Source of the DNA: Lytechinus pictus
Lineage: Eukaryota
Length of the DNA: 64,000 nt
Assembly: GCF_037042905.1 (NCBI RefSeq)
Contig: NC_087251.1
Coordinates: 41,666,001-41,730,000, forward strand
Reading direction: 5' to 3'
The notes under the pieces are model-generated. The model did no database searches. It was given only the letters and a program-made list of their open reading frames with translations, and was not told the DNA's origin. Position numbers and translations under genes: made by a program. This document shows, piece by piece, positions 37,273-50,940 of this stretch. Numbering within the stretch: position 1 is the stretch's first letter; every line of letters begins with the position of its first letter.

Positions 37273-40200
37273 TTGTGCAAACCGTTTGACTATGTACATG
37301 CAGATTTAGTATGCTAATCCTTCGATCATTTCGTCTACTCGAGAACGCACTCCCGAGGATTACACCTACACTAACACGTAATCTACACTTTATTTTTTTT
37401 CCATGCATCTATGGCAGTAATTTGCCAGACTACTAGCCCTGGTGTGCTGCACCATGCAGACATCTCCTTACTGTGGGAAAAGGGAATTAATTCGCTACTT
37501 TCCACTAAGTGCATGGTTCACTACTATTTTTTCTCATATTTTCTGGATGAAAAAAAAAGAAAGAGAATGGAATTCTCAGGTTTCTACTTGTTCTTGCTAG
37601 ATTGTCGGTGTAACCAAGAAAAAGAGAATAGAGGAGTATTGTGAGTCGGGTGCTTGAGCCGCGGGGGATTGGAGTAGGCTCACAATAGACCAATCTTACA
37701 TTCAAACACTCAAAGACCATTGCAGTGCCTTGGGCGGCGGGATACGTGAATACTCGCTGGCTTGTCTAATTAGCCCCGCTTTCAATGTTCAGAGGTACCC
37801 CTCTACCAGCATGTCGCCCCCATTGATATACCCCTAGCACAACCCGTTACCAGTGGAATGCAAGAAACAGACAGGACTTGGGACCCACGTGTGGTTTACG
37901 GAGTCTCAAAGACCACAGGTGTACGCTACTTTGCTCCTTTTTCATTTTCGCCGAGTCTTTTGTCGGCTTCAAATGAATGAAGGTGAAAGAAAGAAGAAAA
38001 AAAGAGAGGGAGAGAGAAAAGAAAGAAATCACCATGGAAGTGCCTCGGGGTGTGAACGTGTGGTAAGAAGTGAGTTGGAGTCTATAAATGATGACTTGTT
38101 AATGTATTCTGGTAGTTAGAGTGTCAGGGTGACCCTCATGAACTTCACCACAAGTTCTTCTTTCCTTACCCTGCCATTTTTGAACACGGTAATTGACCGA
38201 AATCTGAATCCCAAGTCTCGATTAGAAACCTCGCCTGGTATTGTGAGTTGCTGACTAGCCATCCATTGTTCAACGGGCTGTTTTGTGCGACTTTCCTGCA
38301 TGTTCGTAAGAAAAGGGAAGAAAATTGTGACAGGTATCTGGAACAGCAACCCTCTGGTCCATTGAAACGTGCCCACCAAAAAAAAATGAAGGCCACTCAA
38401 ACTTGAACTACTTGCTACCATCTGAAACCTATCTTCGAAAGTCGACACGGGGTAATTTAACAAGCCTGGTTTATGAACGATGCTCTTATTTGTTAAGCAC
38501 AGAAACGTGGCCTAATTCACGGTCAATCAACTTGTAGTCATGAATCGAGTCCCAACTCCCCTGTTATTCACCAAACCCATTTTCCATTTCCCCTCGCAAA
38601 CAATTCTCATTCCATTTCGACTTCGATGTAGAGAGCGTTGTCACTCCGTTAAAAAATGCCAAAATCTCAAAACAGCACAAGTGCCACAACGTTGATTCAG
38701 TCACTGTATAATATTTTGAAGGTCGAACATTAAAACATCTTTGGTCGAGCATTTCGAAAATCGAGCATTTCAAATATTTCTTTGATTTCTTCTTTTTAAT
38801 AGTACAAAATTATTTTTTAGGATATTTCATTAAATAAGTACTAATTTCGAAAGATACTTATCTTCAAAGGGAGAGGACTTATTTTTGGAGGAGGAAGGGG
38901 GAAGGGTTCCGACCTATAAGGGTGGGGCTCATGTACTTGAAGAATCTCTGAGGTTTCTCTTTCATAATGGGATGGGGTAATACATGCGATTGTTCTCGTT
39001 TCTCTTACTCCCCCTTAATCAAATGAAACAGTTTTGTTTACGAACAAACACGCACGCTCATCCACTTTTCCCCCACTCTCACCAGCATGACCAACACTCT
39101 CTCTACAAGTTCCTTTCACAAAAGATCGCTGAAGTTGAAAGAAGATGAACAAAAACAAACTTCCATTAGAAGGCCATAGTTTTGGTGCAGTCGGTTAATA
39201 TAACCAAACGCAACAACGGATCAAAATTCAAGATGAACTTTTGGGGTTTTTGATAGAAAAGTCGACCCCCTCGGTACTTGCGTACTTGACTCTAGAAAAA
39301 AGACATAAATGAGTGACTTAAATCATGCGAACTATCTAGATACTCTCGATGGTCTATGTTTCAATCTGAACTCTCGGTGCATTTTTGTAACTGTACTGTA
39401 TATCACTGGGTTTTTACATTAAGCATGATTGCACTAAAGACTGTTAATTAGTGATGCAATTAGCAGTGTTTTCTAACCTATTATCATCATGATCATTAGA
39501 GGTGTTTGACGATCCGTCAAGTAGGAAGGAAGTGGCGTAAAAGCCCCCGTCTTCTGAACTACATAATTATTCCGTCGTAATTGTTTCATCTGCTCTCGAA
39601 TCTGCTGATGTACAATCATTACCTCATCAACATTACATGTAATTTGCTCCCGATGTATACCTGAAGAAATTGAGAAGAGAATGCAGTTCGAGCTGACATT
39701 CTTGCATCGGGGTGACGGCGAGACAGAAATTAATTATTAGATGATGAGGGGGATGCCAGGTACTTAACGCTCCATGATTAATTAAGCCGTGATTGGGTAA
39801 TTTTGATTGTCGTCGTCCGATTGAGATTAGCATACTTCAGAAGAACAAAAAGAAGACAATTGACAATTGAATAATGTCGAATGAAACTGGTGTGAATGAA
39901 TATTCTATATCGTTTCAATATTTCTGTAATATTATTTTCGCGAAGGAGTGGATTTTCGGATGCATTTCCGAAAATGGCTGCTTATCGAAATCGGTATTAC
40001 TTACACCAGACAATTCAAGATTGCTACGTTGATCTATCCAAACAAATTATGGAGATAATACTTATTAGATAGGCCTCCGGGATATACTTCATTTTCTATA
40101 TAATTATATACGCATTTTATACATCTTTGTACACTCAGATTTAATTTCAAATTCAATTTCACTAAAGAGAATTATCACAATGCAAAAAGCTATGAGAAAC

Positions 40201-41551
40201 ACCCGAAAACATTTTTATTTTATTTGAACATTCATATGGATGTTTGACGAAGACATCATTAGTGCTCGGTATAACACCTTTAAAAAAATATTTTTTACCA
40301 TTACCCGCCGTTGGTTAATCATGGTTTTTATTCGTGGCGGATTACTCATAGCGATGCGTACAAATAGCACACACATTTCTCACTCTATATGGGTGAATAT
40401 GCACCCATGGAATAACCGCAATGCTATTTAAAGTGTCCCATGCTCAAACACAAAGTACGTTCTCTTTACACAAGCCCCGCTCTCTGTGTGCTTGCGTTCA
40501 AATCAATAAAGCTATCGCTCTTACGTAACAATTTGATATGGACCGAGTAGTGCCTGTCTTTACCATTTTTCCCCATTTCTTAAGTTGCATTGACCATTAA
40601 CTTAAGAGCTCGAATAACCAGAAAGCTGACATAAAGTTTATGGGAAAAAATGTAGGCTTATATCAAGCATACATTCAGTGAGTCGATTGAAGCTCACTTT
40701 ATAAACTCATACAAGAACGCTAAGATGAAACATTTGAAAGTTAAAAATTGTAAGATTGTTAAATATCACTGTTGCTGGATATGTTGCAATGATGGTTGCT
40801 ATAAGTTCACATATCAATCAGTCTCCCTTTTTACACAGCATTTTATAACGCACATTAATTTTCATGCCCACTGCAACTGCTTGAGGTCGATATTGTACAA
40901 ATGATTTGAAACAATGTATACAGATCAATAATCATAACTTGTATCAAAGACTTAAAAGTGTATCGGGTAATCCCTCTATATCTACAGTTGAAATGGTTTA
41001 TCCTTGAAACCACTTTGCAAGACTGCAAATTGAAATAAAGTTTGGGAGGGTGACTAAAGAATAAACTGCACTCCTGCAGGATTCATTTTCGCCTAAGTTT
41101 GAGGCAAGTCCTACATGTACATGCTTTTGTGGAAAAAACAAATCAGCTTTGTTGGAATGGTTCTCCGAGTGCATTCTCATTACCGATCGATTGTTTGGAC
41201 CGGTCCGTATACAGAGACCGGTCCCATCAACTCGGCAGGAGTTCCCTGCTTGGTGGAACCTTAATGCTTACCCTGTGTACTGAGTAATTATTGACATTGA
41301 GTAGGTTGGGTTGAAGGACCTCTCGCCAAGTTGTGTACAGATTAACCCACAGCGAGTAATGAAGAATGGTCGGAATAAGGAGGGGGGGTATAACGATAAT
41401 GGACTTTCATGAGAATCATCCAAATAGCTGACCAAATGCATTATCTAACATGACAGTCTGATGAATTGAAACGTATTTCGTATATTGACGTTATATATTT
41501 TGTGAATGTTGTTTGATTAATGGTCTTTTATTTTTCATTACTTTTCTTTAG

Positions 41552-42139
41552 GTTTGGTTCAAAAACAGAAGAGCAAAATGCAGACAACAGCAACAGCAGC
41601 AACAGAACGGTCCGAACAGCAACAGCACAACGAACAAACCGCGTCCTGCAAAGAAGAAAACGCCACCGCCGACACCGCGTGAACCCGACGCGCCTACCAC
41701 CACATCGAGCGATACACCGCCTTTCAAAGCATCGCCATCCGTCTCGTCGAGCATGCCCAATAACAACAGTATTTGGAGCCCGGCATCGATAGCCCCTCAG
41801 CCCATGACAAGTGATCATTTATCAGCAAACATGAGTAATAACAGTTGTATGCAGCATTCCTACACCATGCCTAACGCGCAACCCGCTGCAGGCTACACAG
41901 CGCAGGGTTACCAGTCACCGTACTTTGGCGCCGGCCTTGACTACCTCTCTCATATGCCGCAATTCCCCGGCGCCATCAACCACCAGATGGCATCGAGTGC
42001 TATGAATAACGGGCCGATGACCACCATGGCGTCGCAGCTGCCTCCACCCCACCACGCCCATATGCCCATGGGCTCGATGTCGAGTGCAGAGTGTATCGAC
42101 GGTAAAGAACAGCCGCAATGGAAGTTCCAATCCTTGTAA
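41552..42139 (+). CDS. Otx: Otx last exon: VWFKNRRAKCRQQQ (K50), SIWSPASI motif, Otx tail DGKEQPQWKFQSL
   Basis: TTTTCTTTAG acceptor ends at 41551, phase 0 with 23948; 195 codons plus stop. K50, the WSP motif and the C-terminal WKFQxL are diagnostic for Otx. Confidence 0.98.
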   Translation, partial: VWFKNRRAKCRQQQQQQQNGPNSNSTTNKPRPAKKKTPPPTPREPDAPTTTSSDTPPFKASPSVSSSMPNNNSIWSPASIAPQPMTSDHLSANMSNNSCMQHSYTMPNAQPAAGYTAQGYQSPYFGAGLDYLSHMPQFPGAINHQMASSAMNNGPMTTMASQLPPPHHAHMPMGSMSSAECIDGKEQPQWKFQSL

Positions 42140-43911
42140 CCCAACCTGACAGAATCTCAGCACCGAGATGATCCCATTGAGTCCATCGTATCAATCGGGC
42201 GTGGTTCGGCAGCCAGGAAAATGTCTGGAAAATGTGCAAAATGACACTGATGTTCACAAAATGGCGGCTCGACTTAGCGAAATTACGACGCGCACACGAG
42301 GTTATGACAATGAAAGGACCAATGGGTATAGGAATCAGATTTGATTTATAAATGAATATTTTGAATGGAACCATCACTCAGGGAAATCTCGAGACAACAT
42401 GAGGTTTCTACCGTTTCGTAATGACTCCATTCCTGAAACGCAAGACATTGCCGTTCGGACAATCTGAAATGAATCACATCTTTGCTCTTTATAATGATTG
42501 ATAATAATCCATGAGATTTTCATGTGTTTCTCTTTTTTTCTAGCCATTTATGGTGTTATTAATCAAACTCGTTATCAGCACAATATTTATTGTTAAATGA
42601 GCTCATGCTAAAGCAAGCAAAACTTATTGCAAATCCGATGTGTTATGTTTTCATACAACTTTTAAGTTTAAGATATTTGAGGTTAAAATCCTCAATGATC
42701 GTAATGGTGGATATTTCTCTATCGAGCAAGTACATAACAAAATACCATCTTGTGAACAACTGATCAAACTGAAAAAGACTATGTTCTTATTCAACAAATT
42801 GCATCATGTGACTATTTAGTATGCCTATTATGAAAATATCGAATCAGTTTCTGCTTAATGTTATTTTAAGTTTTAGCGTGAGATCATGAAACAGATTGTG
42901 TTAGTACCTTGAATGAACGCATCTCACGTTGTCGAGTGCGTTTAATCTTAATTATTGTTGATCAAATGACCTTGTAAACAAGATGAACCACCAAAAACTT
43001 TCCCACCGAAAAAAATGTTAACAGGATTGACTGATTTATCCAACATGCAATGTAAATCTAGATGGTTTTATTTATTACAGTAGTATATGTATAGACAAGT
43101 GACAATTATGATTATCATTAACTCTGCATTACATTAGTGTGTTGCTATAAGTGAAACAAATTTCTTTCGTTTTCAATCATAGGATAATTCCTTCGAGAAT
43201 CCCAGAATTATTTGCAATCAACTCGTCTAGGTTAAGAATAATCAGCTCAAACTTATTTGTTTCTTTGTGTCTTGTATTTGATTGATTTGCTATTCTGTTA
43301 TGAACTTAATTGTTTGAATAATAAGTCGACTTTCTTTTTTTAAAACGTATTCTAAGACTAACTATCGGGCGTTTTGTACGACACATTGAAGTGTTGAACG
43401 AAGTTAACAACTATTTTATTGAGTCCAATTTTGTACCCCCTTTTCTTTGGTTTTAGTTTCCCAAGTTGGTTGGATATACAGGGTCAATGTTAATTTATGT
43501 GTTGTATAGAAAACAATGTTATAAAAGAATGTCACCTGACTGTGCTTATAAGGAACCATAATGGGAAACCTTTTGATTTTAAATTGAAAATATACTTATA
43601 AGTACCCATTGTGCGGATTTTAACTTTGATAACAGCCCCGATTCACTTTTTTTCAAGCGGGGCTTAATTTATATATCTTATATTATTGTGAAAGCAATCT
43701 CTCTAACACATCCAGTATTTAGAATTCTAATATTTATGTTTTGTAAATTATGTTTTTTTTCTTCTGATATTTATGTTGTCTTTTTTTTCTCTTCGTTTTG
43801 ACCACAAACCGCATGGTGTGTTTGAAAATGTATTGACATAATTATTTTCGTCTCGTTCCTTTTGCTTTATCTTCTCATACCTTTGCCTCAAATTCAAATA
43901 TTCTAAGTGTA

Positions 43912-43917
43912 AATAAA
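43912..43917 (+). terminator. Candidate Otx polyadenylation signal
   Basis: First canonical AATAAA I could find downstream of the stop codon, followed by a T-rich tract; implies a ~1.8-kb 3' UTR. Not confirmed. Confidence 0.35.
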
Positions 43918-44312
43918 TGATATATAGAGGGGGCAACGTCTTTATTTTTTTCCTTGATTCTATTCATTCCATGTTTAAAGTAGTGTCAGACAGACCGTGT
44001 AGTATACGTAGGTTATAGATATCTGAATATCTTCGTTATTTTCCCAATTGTTTCTAGCCTGACGCAACGTTAGGCATATTATGCACAGTTGAATGAAAAT
44101 ATTAAAAATTGCACGAAATATATTAAACGATATTCTGCCTTATTCATTTTTAAGTTCGTATCAAATAATAACTAAGATTATCAATTTGATAAAACTTATT
44201 TTGTATCCATCTTTCTGTATGAAAATGAGTGAGGAAATAAAGACGATGAGGGAGACGGAGAGAGGCAGAGAGAGAGAGAGAGGGGGGGGGGGTTGTAATA
44301 ATAAAAACCCTG

Positions 44313-45075
44313 TGATATGCATAAAAATCACTCCTTGTACGATCAAAATACAATGTTGAGATAGACAAATTATATCCCCGATTCTTACACAATATAATGG
44401 AGAGAGAGGAGTGTGGAGAGAGCGGGTGCGGGGGGGGGGGGGCTGGGTTTGTCAAGGAATAGCGCATCAACCAAAATTGAGATGCATCCCAAGCATTTTT
44501 TTTAAAATAAAGTCCAGCAGTTTCTTAACTTGTCAAAATTTTGATGTAGATTTCACAAAATAATTGAGGGGTATATTTTAGAATACCTTATCATTGTTCA
44601 TCATGACAGCTTGACTAACATGAGGAGGAGAACATGGGTCCTAGTTTTAACATTTTATCAATCTTGGACTTGTGTCAGTGAAATTTGAATCTTAACTCAA
44701 TGTTGTTGTCAATCGAATGACCTCCAACGGCTGATCTAATCTTTCGATTCGGGGAATCATATTAGACTTTTATGATTTATATGGTATAAATATACAAACT
44801 TAAGGCAAGTTTTCAAAAATAGATTGAATACGTTATAAAGATTTTTCCTCACATTAGTTCTTTTTTTTTTATAATGGACTTTATATAAAAAAAAAGAAGA
44901 AAATGCTTGGGGTGCATCAATTTTGATCAAACCTAGCCCCCCCCCCCCCCCCCGCTCTCTCCAGACTCCTCTCTCTCTCTCTCTCGATTGTATTGTGTAA
45001 AATCGGGGATATATATAATTTTTATATCTCAACATTGTATTTTGATCGTACAAAGAGTGATTTTATGCATATCAG
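44313..45075. mobile_element. Fold-back element with ~200-bp inverted arms
   Basis: 44313-44515 (GATATGCATAAAAATCACTC...TAAAGTCCA) is the imperfect reverse complement of about 44873-45075, including the GA and G tracts. No clear TSD. Confidence 0.7.
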
Positions 45076-45404
45076 TCACAAATGCGATTAAGAACTGTCA
45101 TACGAACGCCGTACGAACTATTTTTTAGAAAATATTGTAAGATCTTTTCAAAAAGGCCGTACGAATTCAGCGTTTGCAGACTGTTCGTATACCGGACCTA
45201 GGTTCGCAGCTTGGTCGATGGTCTTGGGCGTCGTACGAATCTCTCTCTTTTCGTAACACGGTCGTACAAACATTGTAAGAACTACACCGGATTTTGTAGG
45301 GTCGAGAGACACTTCTATATAGAAGCCTTAAATTCTTAAGATGATCGTCAGAACGCGCTGAGTTGATCATATAAGGCTCTTACGGCGTTTGTACGAACGC
45401 CTAA

Positions 45405-46577
45405 AGCCCCTCACAATTGACGTACGACCTGTTTACGACCGCCTGCAACAGATTTTTCTTGTTGTTGCACGATCGATCTCTTGGTGTCTTGCGAGCACTC
45501 GCAGTGGTTGTAGACGAACGCACGAATTTGAGGTGGTCGGAGGTGGTCGTGACTGGTCGCATCTGAATCTGAACATGTTCAAAATCCAAACGCGATCAAA
45601 TACGATTGGTTTACTCGCATCAGGTCGTACCATCGGTCGGGCGATCATCGTGTGAGTGTTGTTCAACGTTGTACGACTTGGTGCGAGAGGTGACACAATT
45701 ACGTATAGTCGCATTTAGTCGACTGGAGGTCGTACAACACTTGCACATGCGCTAGATACCTACAGAGACCAGTCTTGCGACTGGTTGCGATAATATAAGA
45801 CTGTTGCAAGACCGATCGAAATTACGGCTTACAACATTCCACTACCGTTGCATTCGCATGTATGCGACCGTACAGCCCCTTTCACAATTGACATCCGACC
45901 AGTTTACGACCGCCTGCAACAGTTTTTTTCTGCTGTTGCACGATCGATCTCTTGGTGACTTGCGAGCACTCGCAGTCGTTGTAGACGGTCGCACGAACTC
46001 GAGGTGGTCGTGACTGGTCACATCTGAACTTTGAACATGTTCAAAATCCGAACGCGATCAAATACGACCGATTCACTCGCATCAGCTCGTATCCGGGGTC
46101 GTACCATCGGTCGGGCGATCATCGTGGGAGTGTTGTTCAACGTTGCACGACTTGGTGCGAGAGGTGGCACAACTAAGTAGTCGCATTTACTCGACTGGAG
46201 GTCGTACAACACTTGCACATGTGCTAGCGACCTACATGTACAGAGACCTGTCTTGCGACTGGGTGCGATAATATGATGTGCCATAAGACTGTTGCAAGAC
46301 CGATCGCAACGGCTTACAACATTGCACTTCCGTTGTGTGCGACCGTTCCCCTCGCAATCCCTCGTGCAACACTCGCATGTGATCGCACGAGCACAATAGG
46401 ATCATAATCGACTTACTCGTGCAACGGGTTTTACTGGTTGTTTTTGTTGTACGACAGCTGTTGCAACTGTGAAAGCCTATGTGCGATATTATGAGATGAC
46501 TGGCGATTGATGCCTGTTGCAGCCTGTCGCACGACCAAAAGGTCGCAAGTGGTCGTACGTCAATTGTGAAAGGGGCT
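45405..46577. mobile_element. Harbinger/PIF-like non-autonomous element with a duplicated 5' part
   Basis: TIR AGCCCC(TT)TCACAATTGACGTACGACC / GGTCGTACGTCAATTGTGAAAGGGGCT; flanks TAA/TTA; 45405-45840 is repeated at about 45874-46325. Confidence 0.75.
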
Positions 46578-46844
46578 TTATATGAACAGAGATTCGTACG
46601 TCGCTTTAACAAACTTCTCTTGGAGTTTGTAAGGCGTAGGTACAATGTGTACAACTGTTGGGTAAATCTTCAAATGAATAACTGGAGAGTTTACGTAGTG
46701 GGTACGAACGTCTTTGCGACAACAGAAATCGTAAGATGGCCGTTAGTCTAACGAAAGAATAACTAAAGGCATTTTCGCGAACAGCGCACGAATTGTAGGG
46801 CCATTGTGTTACATAAATAATTTAGTTACTTAAGAAGGTCTTAA

Positions 46845-47780
46845 GGACGTTCCACAGTTAAAGTGAAATCCATGTCATTTTCACCAAACTTTGCACATAG
46901 ATACTTTAGAACCTTAATATTCGAAATATGCAAAAATTAACATAGGTCCATGTGCTTGATTTTTTGCTATAGAGCTTCAAAATTCACCCAAATTGATGTT
47001 CTTAAGAATTGCGCATTCAAAAGAATTTGGCATTTTTAGACCGCCCAAGATAACTACAATGAGTTTAAACCTCCATTACTCAGTCAAAATACATGAAAAA
47101 GTCATCAAATTTCGCAAGAGAGTTAATAATTGTATCGTTAGAATTGAGAATATATTAATAGTGCTATTTGTTTGCAATTTTAAGTTTAACAGCACTGTCA
47201 GTTCTTAAAAATGGCGTAAAAGATAACAAAATCCCAATCTAAAATATGTAAAATTTCAGTAACAAACTACAAACGTACAATAAATGCTGCACTTTATTCA
47301 AAATCCATGTCATTTTCACCAAAATTTGCAGAGTTGTAGAGGAAGGTATACCTAAGAGGTACAAACATTAAAAAATAGGGGTTCATGTGCTTGTTTTTAA
47401 ACTATCACCATTTTTATTAGAGCAAATGTGCTTTTTAAAACACCAAAAATGGGCCGAATGCTTAGTATCTATGTGAAGAAAAAATCCAAACCACTCTACC
47501 ATTTATTCAAACTCGGGGTAATATTCGTGATTCTTGGCAGCACTGCAGAGTAAAGTATTTTGAAATTGTAGAGAATATTTTTTTGAATGGTCCATGGAAT
47601 AATTCAATTTTTTAGCTTCATGAAATAACGCATCGGATCTGCAGTTAAAGTGCAGAAGATGAGAAAAATCAGCTCATACCCGCAGCTAATTAATCACCTG
47701 TTCATCCATTGTGACGTCAGCGCGCAGAGTGTAAACTATGCGCAGATCATAATGCGCACAAATATAACTGTGGAACGTCC
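46845..47780. mobile_element. TTAA-targeting non-autonomous DNA transposon (Kolobok-like)
   Basis: Perfect 16-bp TIR GGACGTTCCACAGTTA / TAACTGTGGAACGTCC; TTAA on both sides. Confidence 0.88.
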
Positions 47781-47896
47781 TTAAATTGTTGTTAAGAAAG
47801 CCGTAAGAACCATGCCCCATCTACGATGTGAACTCTTCGACTTTGTATACGAACAATGAGATTCATACGAACGCTTCGTTCGTATACGAAACGTAA

Positions 47897-48760
47897 AGCC
47901 TTGGTTACACCGGAATCGAATCAGCTGCGAATGCCATCCGAATATACACGTAGGCCTATTCGGGTGGAATCGAGAGTATTCTGTTCTCCCTCTGCGAATG
48001 TGAAAAACTCAGGAAGGCCTTCTGGAACATTCGCGGAGGGATTCTGCTCGTCACCTTTGAAAATAATGTTCAAAACCAGCCGAATACTCCCCAAAATACT
48101 CCCGAATGTGACCACAAGAAATTTCATTCGGGATGTATTCTGATGACACCCTGTTGGGTTAGGGGAGTCATATTCGGAGTATTCTGTAAAGATTATGACC
48201 TATTCGTATCATTCAGGGAGTAACAGACCGAGCTCGGCGTACATACAGCCATATTCGTTCCGATTCTGGTCAATATTCGGCTGTAATCGGAGTCAGCGGG
48301 CCACATTCGGGTCGATTCTGGCCACGATTCGGGTGAGATTCGGCTTTATTTGGGATTACCAAAATTGATTCGGGTCAATAAATTCTTGGTAAGTCTGCAC
48401 TCAATCGGTACCTATTCGGAACCCATTCGTCTTTATTCAGAGAACTCCCCGAATCAGAGACGAATGGGTACCGAATCTACCGAATTTATCCGAATTAGGC
48501 CGAATCATTCTGAATGTATTCTGGAAAATTCGGTTTTGGTGTAACTTTAGCTTAGGCTGGGTTGCACCGGAACCGAGTCAGCTGTGAATCCATCTGAATA
48601 CCCGTATTTGGGTGGTTTCGGGAGTAATATGTTCTACCTCCGAGAATGCGAGAAAATTTAGAGAGGATTCGGGAACATTCGAATCCACAGAAACCTCCGA
48701 ATTCGTCTAGAATCGGTCCGAATTTATTCTGGAGTATTCGGTTTTGGTGTAACCCTGGCT
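47897..48760. mobile_element. Two abutting related Harbinger-like MITEs (about 47897-48552 and 48555-48760)
   Basis: Both start (A/G)GCYKKGGTTRCACCGGAA and end TTCGGTTTTGGTGTAACYYTRGCT; outer flanks TAA; internal ATTCGG/CCGAAT repeats. Confidence 0.65.
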
Positions 48761-49486
48761 TAACACAAAATTATTTGGTTTGTTTGAAAAGAGCCCGAGC
48801 AAATCATTAAATTCGATCTGGACGAGAATAATAAATTACACATTTTTTGTAAGATTATCTGGGAGTGAAATGGCAAGGATCTGCCTTTGCGATACGCTGG
48901 AAATCTGGAGTGATGTCAGTCATTGCGACCATGATAAAGATGATACTTGGTGATGACCATTATGAATATATTGCCTTTACTTTTATTTTATTTTTTCACT
49001 TGAAATGTTTGGCGTGCCTCAGTTGGGGGACCGCAACTGAGGACGAGAACATTGTTGACATCTTTTATCTTGTGGGCAATATCCGAAAGTTCATTATTTT
49101 CGCATAATCATCATTTGCAAAGTTAGAATACTAAACCATTTCTTTCAGTCCTGATGATCTCACGGACGAGACTAGATACTGGACAAGGATAAATCACTGA
49201 ACTGTAATAGAAAAACCTCTTTATTGAGTGGTAGTTCTAAGTCATGAACCTATAGCTTTTAACTGGCAAGCGAAATCCGAATGGTGGCGCTATTTCAAAA
49301 TTGATGCGCAGGGATCTCTCACTGATCGCCCTCATCATCTTATCTTGGGTGAAGTCATCATGAAGGCTTTCTATACCCCATCAACTTTGTTGATAAAGTA
49401 AGGTAACCGAGCAAGCAGGCTACTCACTTAGCTTTGGGTGATTTTTGTTTTGAAGGAGTCTAGTGACTTATCAGAGTTGTATCCAT

Positions 49487-50940
49487 GCAACCGCGTAGCC
49501 AGGATTTCATTTTGGAGGGGGCGGTAAATGCACGCGAAGCGTGCCAACACTATCAGAGCGCGCGAAGCGCGCTCCCGAGGGGGTGGGTGCAGGGAGGGGG
49601 AGTTTCCCCCTCCCGCACGAAGCGCGAAGCTTTCGGTGTTTCATTAATTAAAATAAAAAGGAGCCGCCTCCCTTGTCTCTAGTACCTATATCAGCTCCAA
49701 TTCATTTGACTATATTGTGATTTTGAACCTTGTTTTCAAAAGTGATTGTAAAACGAACAAATAAGGGATAGAATGGAGGAAATTAAAATAATATTAACCC
49801 CACGCGAAGCGCGGAAGCTTAAGCGTTTTATAATTTTTTTTGCAAAGAAAATGGTCCCAAGAAAATGTTATTTTCTAAGTTATATTGAATACTTCCCTTG
49901 GAAAGATCAGATTTGATTACAAACAATTTAGCGACAGTGCATATCTTTACTCGCAAAACAGAGGAGAAGAAGGGTATATGCCGGGAGGAAGATATTCCTC
50001 CCCGCGCAGAGCAGTGAAACTCTGAAATTTCAAAGGGCGGACGTTTCATCAAATGCAGATATCTCTAATACCCCCATCAGCTCTTATTCAATTAATTTTC
50101 TAAGATTAGTGAACTTCATTACAAGGAAAATAGTGCGCAAAAAGTTGAAACTTCTGTGATTATTGAAATTATATAAAACAGGATGATGTATAATTTATTT
50201 CACTTATCCTGATGCGCTTCACTTTGAATGATAAAGAAACTTAAGTGTCGCAAAATTTCAAACTGAGGGCGCAAAACAGGACAAGAGATGAATGTGCAGG
50301 GAAATGACATGAAGTTGAATAGAATTTGATAAAACAATATTGTACTTTTTTAAATTTAATACGACACAAATTTTATACCTTCCTCTTTTTAAATTAGGAA
50401 CCTGTTTGCCCCAAATTATGGTTGTTTAGTAATGAGCTGAAAAGCGGGAGAAGTTGCCTAGGTGGAGGTGACGGCAGAAATTGAGATAAAGATTTTACCC
50501 GCCCGGAGCCGATAGACCAGAAGTTGCGCGATCAATTTAAAAAAAAGATAAATTCATATACTTCGGCCTAACCTTACTCTTATTCCATGCCCTAATGTAT
50601 ACATTTGAACTTTAACTGGCAAGAAACACATATAGCTGAGGTGGAAAAACAGGGTTAGAGAAAGGGTGAGGGAAACAAAGGAGAACTGCAATATTGTCAT
50701 TTAACCGCGCGCAGCGCGGAAGCAAAATTCATATATATAAATTTAGAGCAAGATATCTCACGGAGTTTCTTTTTTGAGAAAAAGTAAAGAATTAAAAAAA
50801 AACCCACAAAGCTACCTTTCTTCCCTTTCCTCCCTTCGCTTTTCCTTTTCTCCTCTCTTTTTTCCCTTCTTTTTTTTTCTTTTTGGGGACTTTTTTTTTT
50901 TTGGGGGGGGGGCGCCTGTATCCATGTTCATTCCAATCTG
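49487..50940. mobile_element. Degenerate non-autonomous element carrying CGCGAAGCGCG motifs
   Basis: Starts CAACCGCGTAGCCAGGATTT..GGAGGGGG, similar to the hAT-like MITE ends elsewhere in the window; GCGAAGC/GCGCAGC motifs at about 49530, 49556, 49623, 49803 and 50706. Right boundary uncertain. Confidence 0.45.
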
